This document shows positions 63,321-64,000 of a stretch of DNA of 64,000 nucleotides, piece by piece. The notes beneath the pieces are model-generated. The model was not told the DNA's origin. It did no database searches and worked only from the letters and a program-made list of their open reading frames with translations. The position numbers and the translations under genes were made by a program. Position 1 is the first letter of the stretch, and each line of letters begins with the position of its first letter. This stretch comes from Felis catus (Eukaryota). The DNA lies in contig NC_058368.1 in assembly GCF_018350175.1 (NCBI RefSeq), forward strand, positions 25,236,001 to 25,300,000, in the 5' to 3' direction.

Positions 63321-63690
63321 ATGTCTTGGCTCAGTCCAGCACAACAAAATGTCCCACACACTGGGTGGTTTACACAACAAGTACTTGTTTCTCACAGTTC
63401 TGGAGGCTGGGAAGACCAAGATCAAGGAGTTAGCAGATTGGGTTCCCGATGAGACCTGCTTCCTGTCTCGCAGACGGCCACCTTCTCACTGTGTCCTCAT
63501 ATGGCAGAGAGAGCGACAGAGTGTGTTCCGTGCCTCTCCTCATCTATTACAAGGACGCTAATCCCATCCGCAAGACTTCACAAAACCTAATTACCTCCCG
63601 AAAGCTAACCCTCCGAATACCATCCCACTGGGGATTAGGGCTCCAACATAGGGATTTTAGAGGGACTAAAACATCTAGTCTACACAGCAT
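63321..63690 (-). mobile_element. MaLR (MLT1A-like) LTR
   Basis: tttctcacagttctggaggctgggaagaccaagatcaagg...aataccatcccactggggattaggg. Confidence 0.8.
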
Positions 63691-64000
63691 GTGACTTGGA
63701 CAAGTCACTGCCCCCCCCCCCCACAGAAGCTCAGTTTCCTTGTCTCCAAGATGAGGAAATTATAAGTAATTTGAGATACCACACATAAAGGAGCTGACAC
63801 TTAGCAAGTTCTCAATAAATAATCACTGCCTTGGAGCCCTCCTACGAAATCGCCTCTCTCCCCCTTTGACTTAAAATCTCAAGCAGCTGACGCCCAACTG
63901 GGGCTACCGTTACCATTCTTGATAGGACAGCTTTTGTGAAGGCTTTGTATTTGCCTGATTGATGAGTTGGCTTTTGTTTTTAAGGGAGGAGCATTTCAAA

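Overview
Mammalian genomic DNA from a felid. This is shown by about 19 tRNA-derived Can-SINEs of the cat SINEC_Fc type and a cat-type L1 5' end. The window is mostly intergenic and rich in repeats (Can-SINEs, MIR, L2, old L1, MaLR/ERVL/ERV1 LTRs, MER DNA transposons). It holds one recognisable protein-coding gene on the minus strand, CBY2 (SPERT/Nurit, chibby homolog 2). I rebuilt it by hand as three coding exons: 60783-60709, 60185-60105 and 48511-47294, giving 457 aa if spliced. The main oddities are: (1) the exon-1 splice donor reads CT instead of GT, with an in-frame stop five codons later; (2) a candidate alternative first exon next to exon 3 that is in frame only through a tandem CAG/AG acceptor; (3) a ~134-bp inverted repeat at ~90% identity enclosing 1.25 kb at 2128-3639; (4) an insertion of only the first ~220 bp of a felid L1, with target-site duplications but no poly(A). 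I see no convincing wholly new multi-gene system. Repeat family names and human comparisons come from memory of consensus sequences and were not checked by database search.
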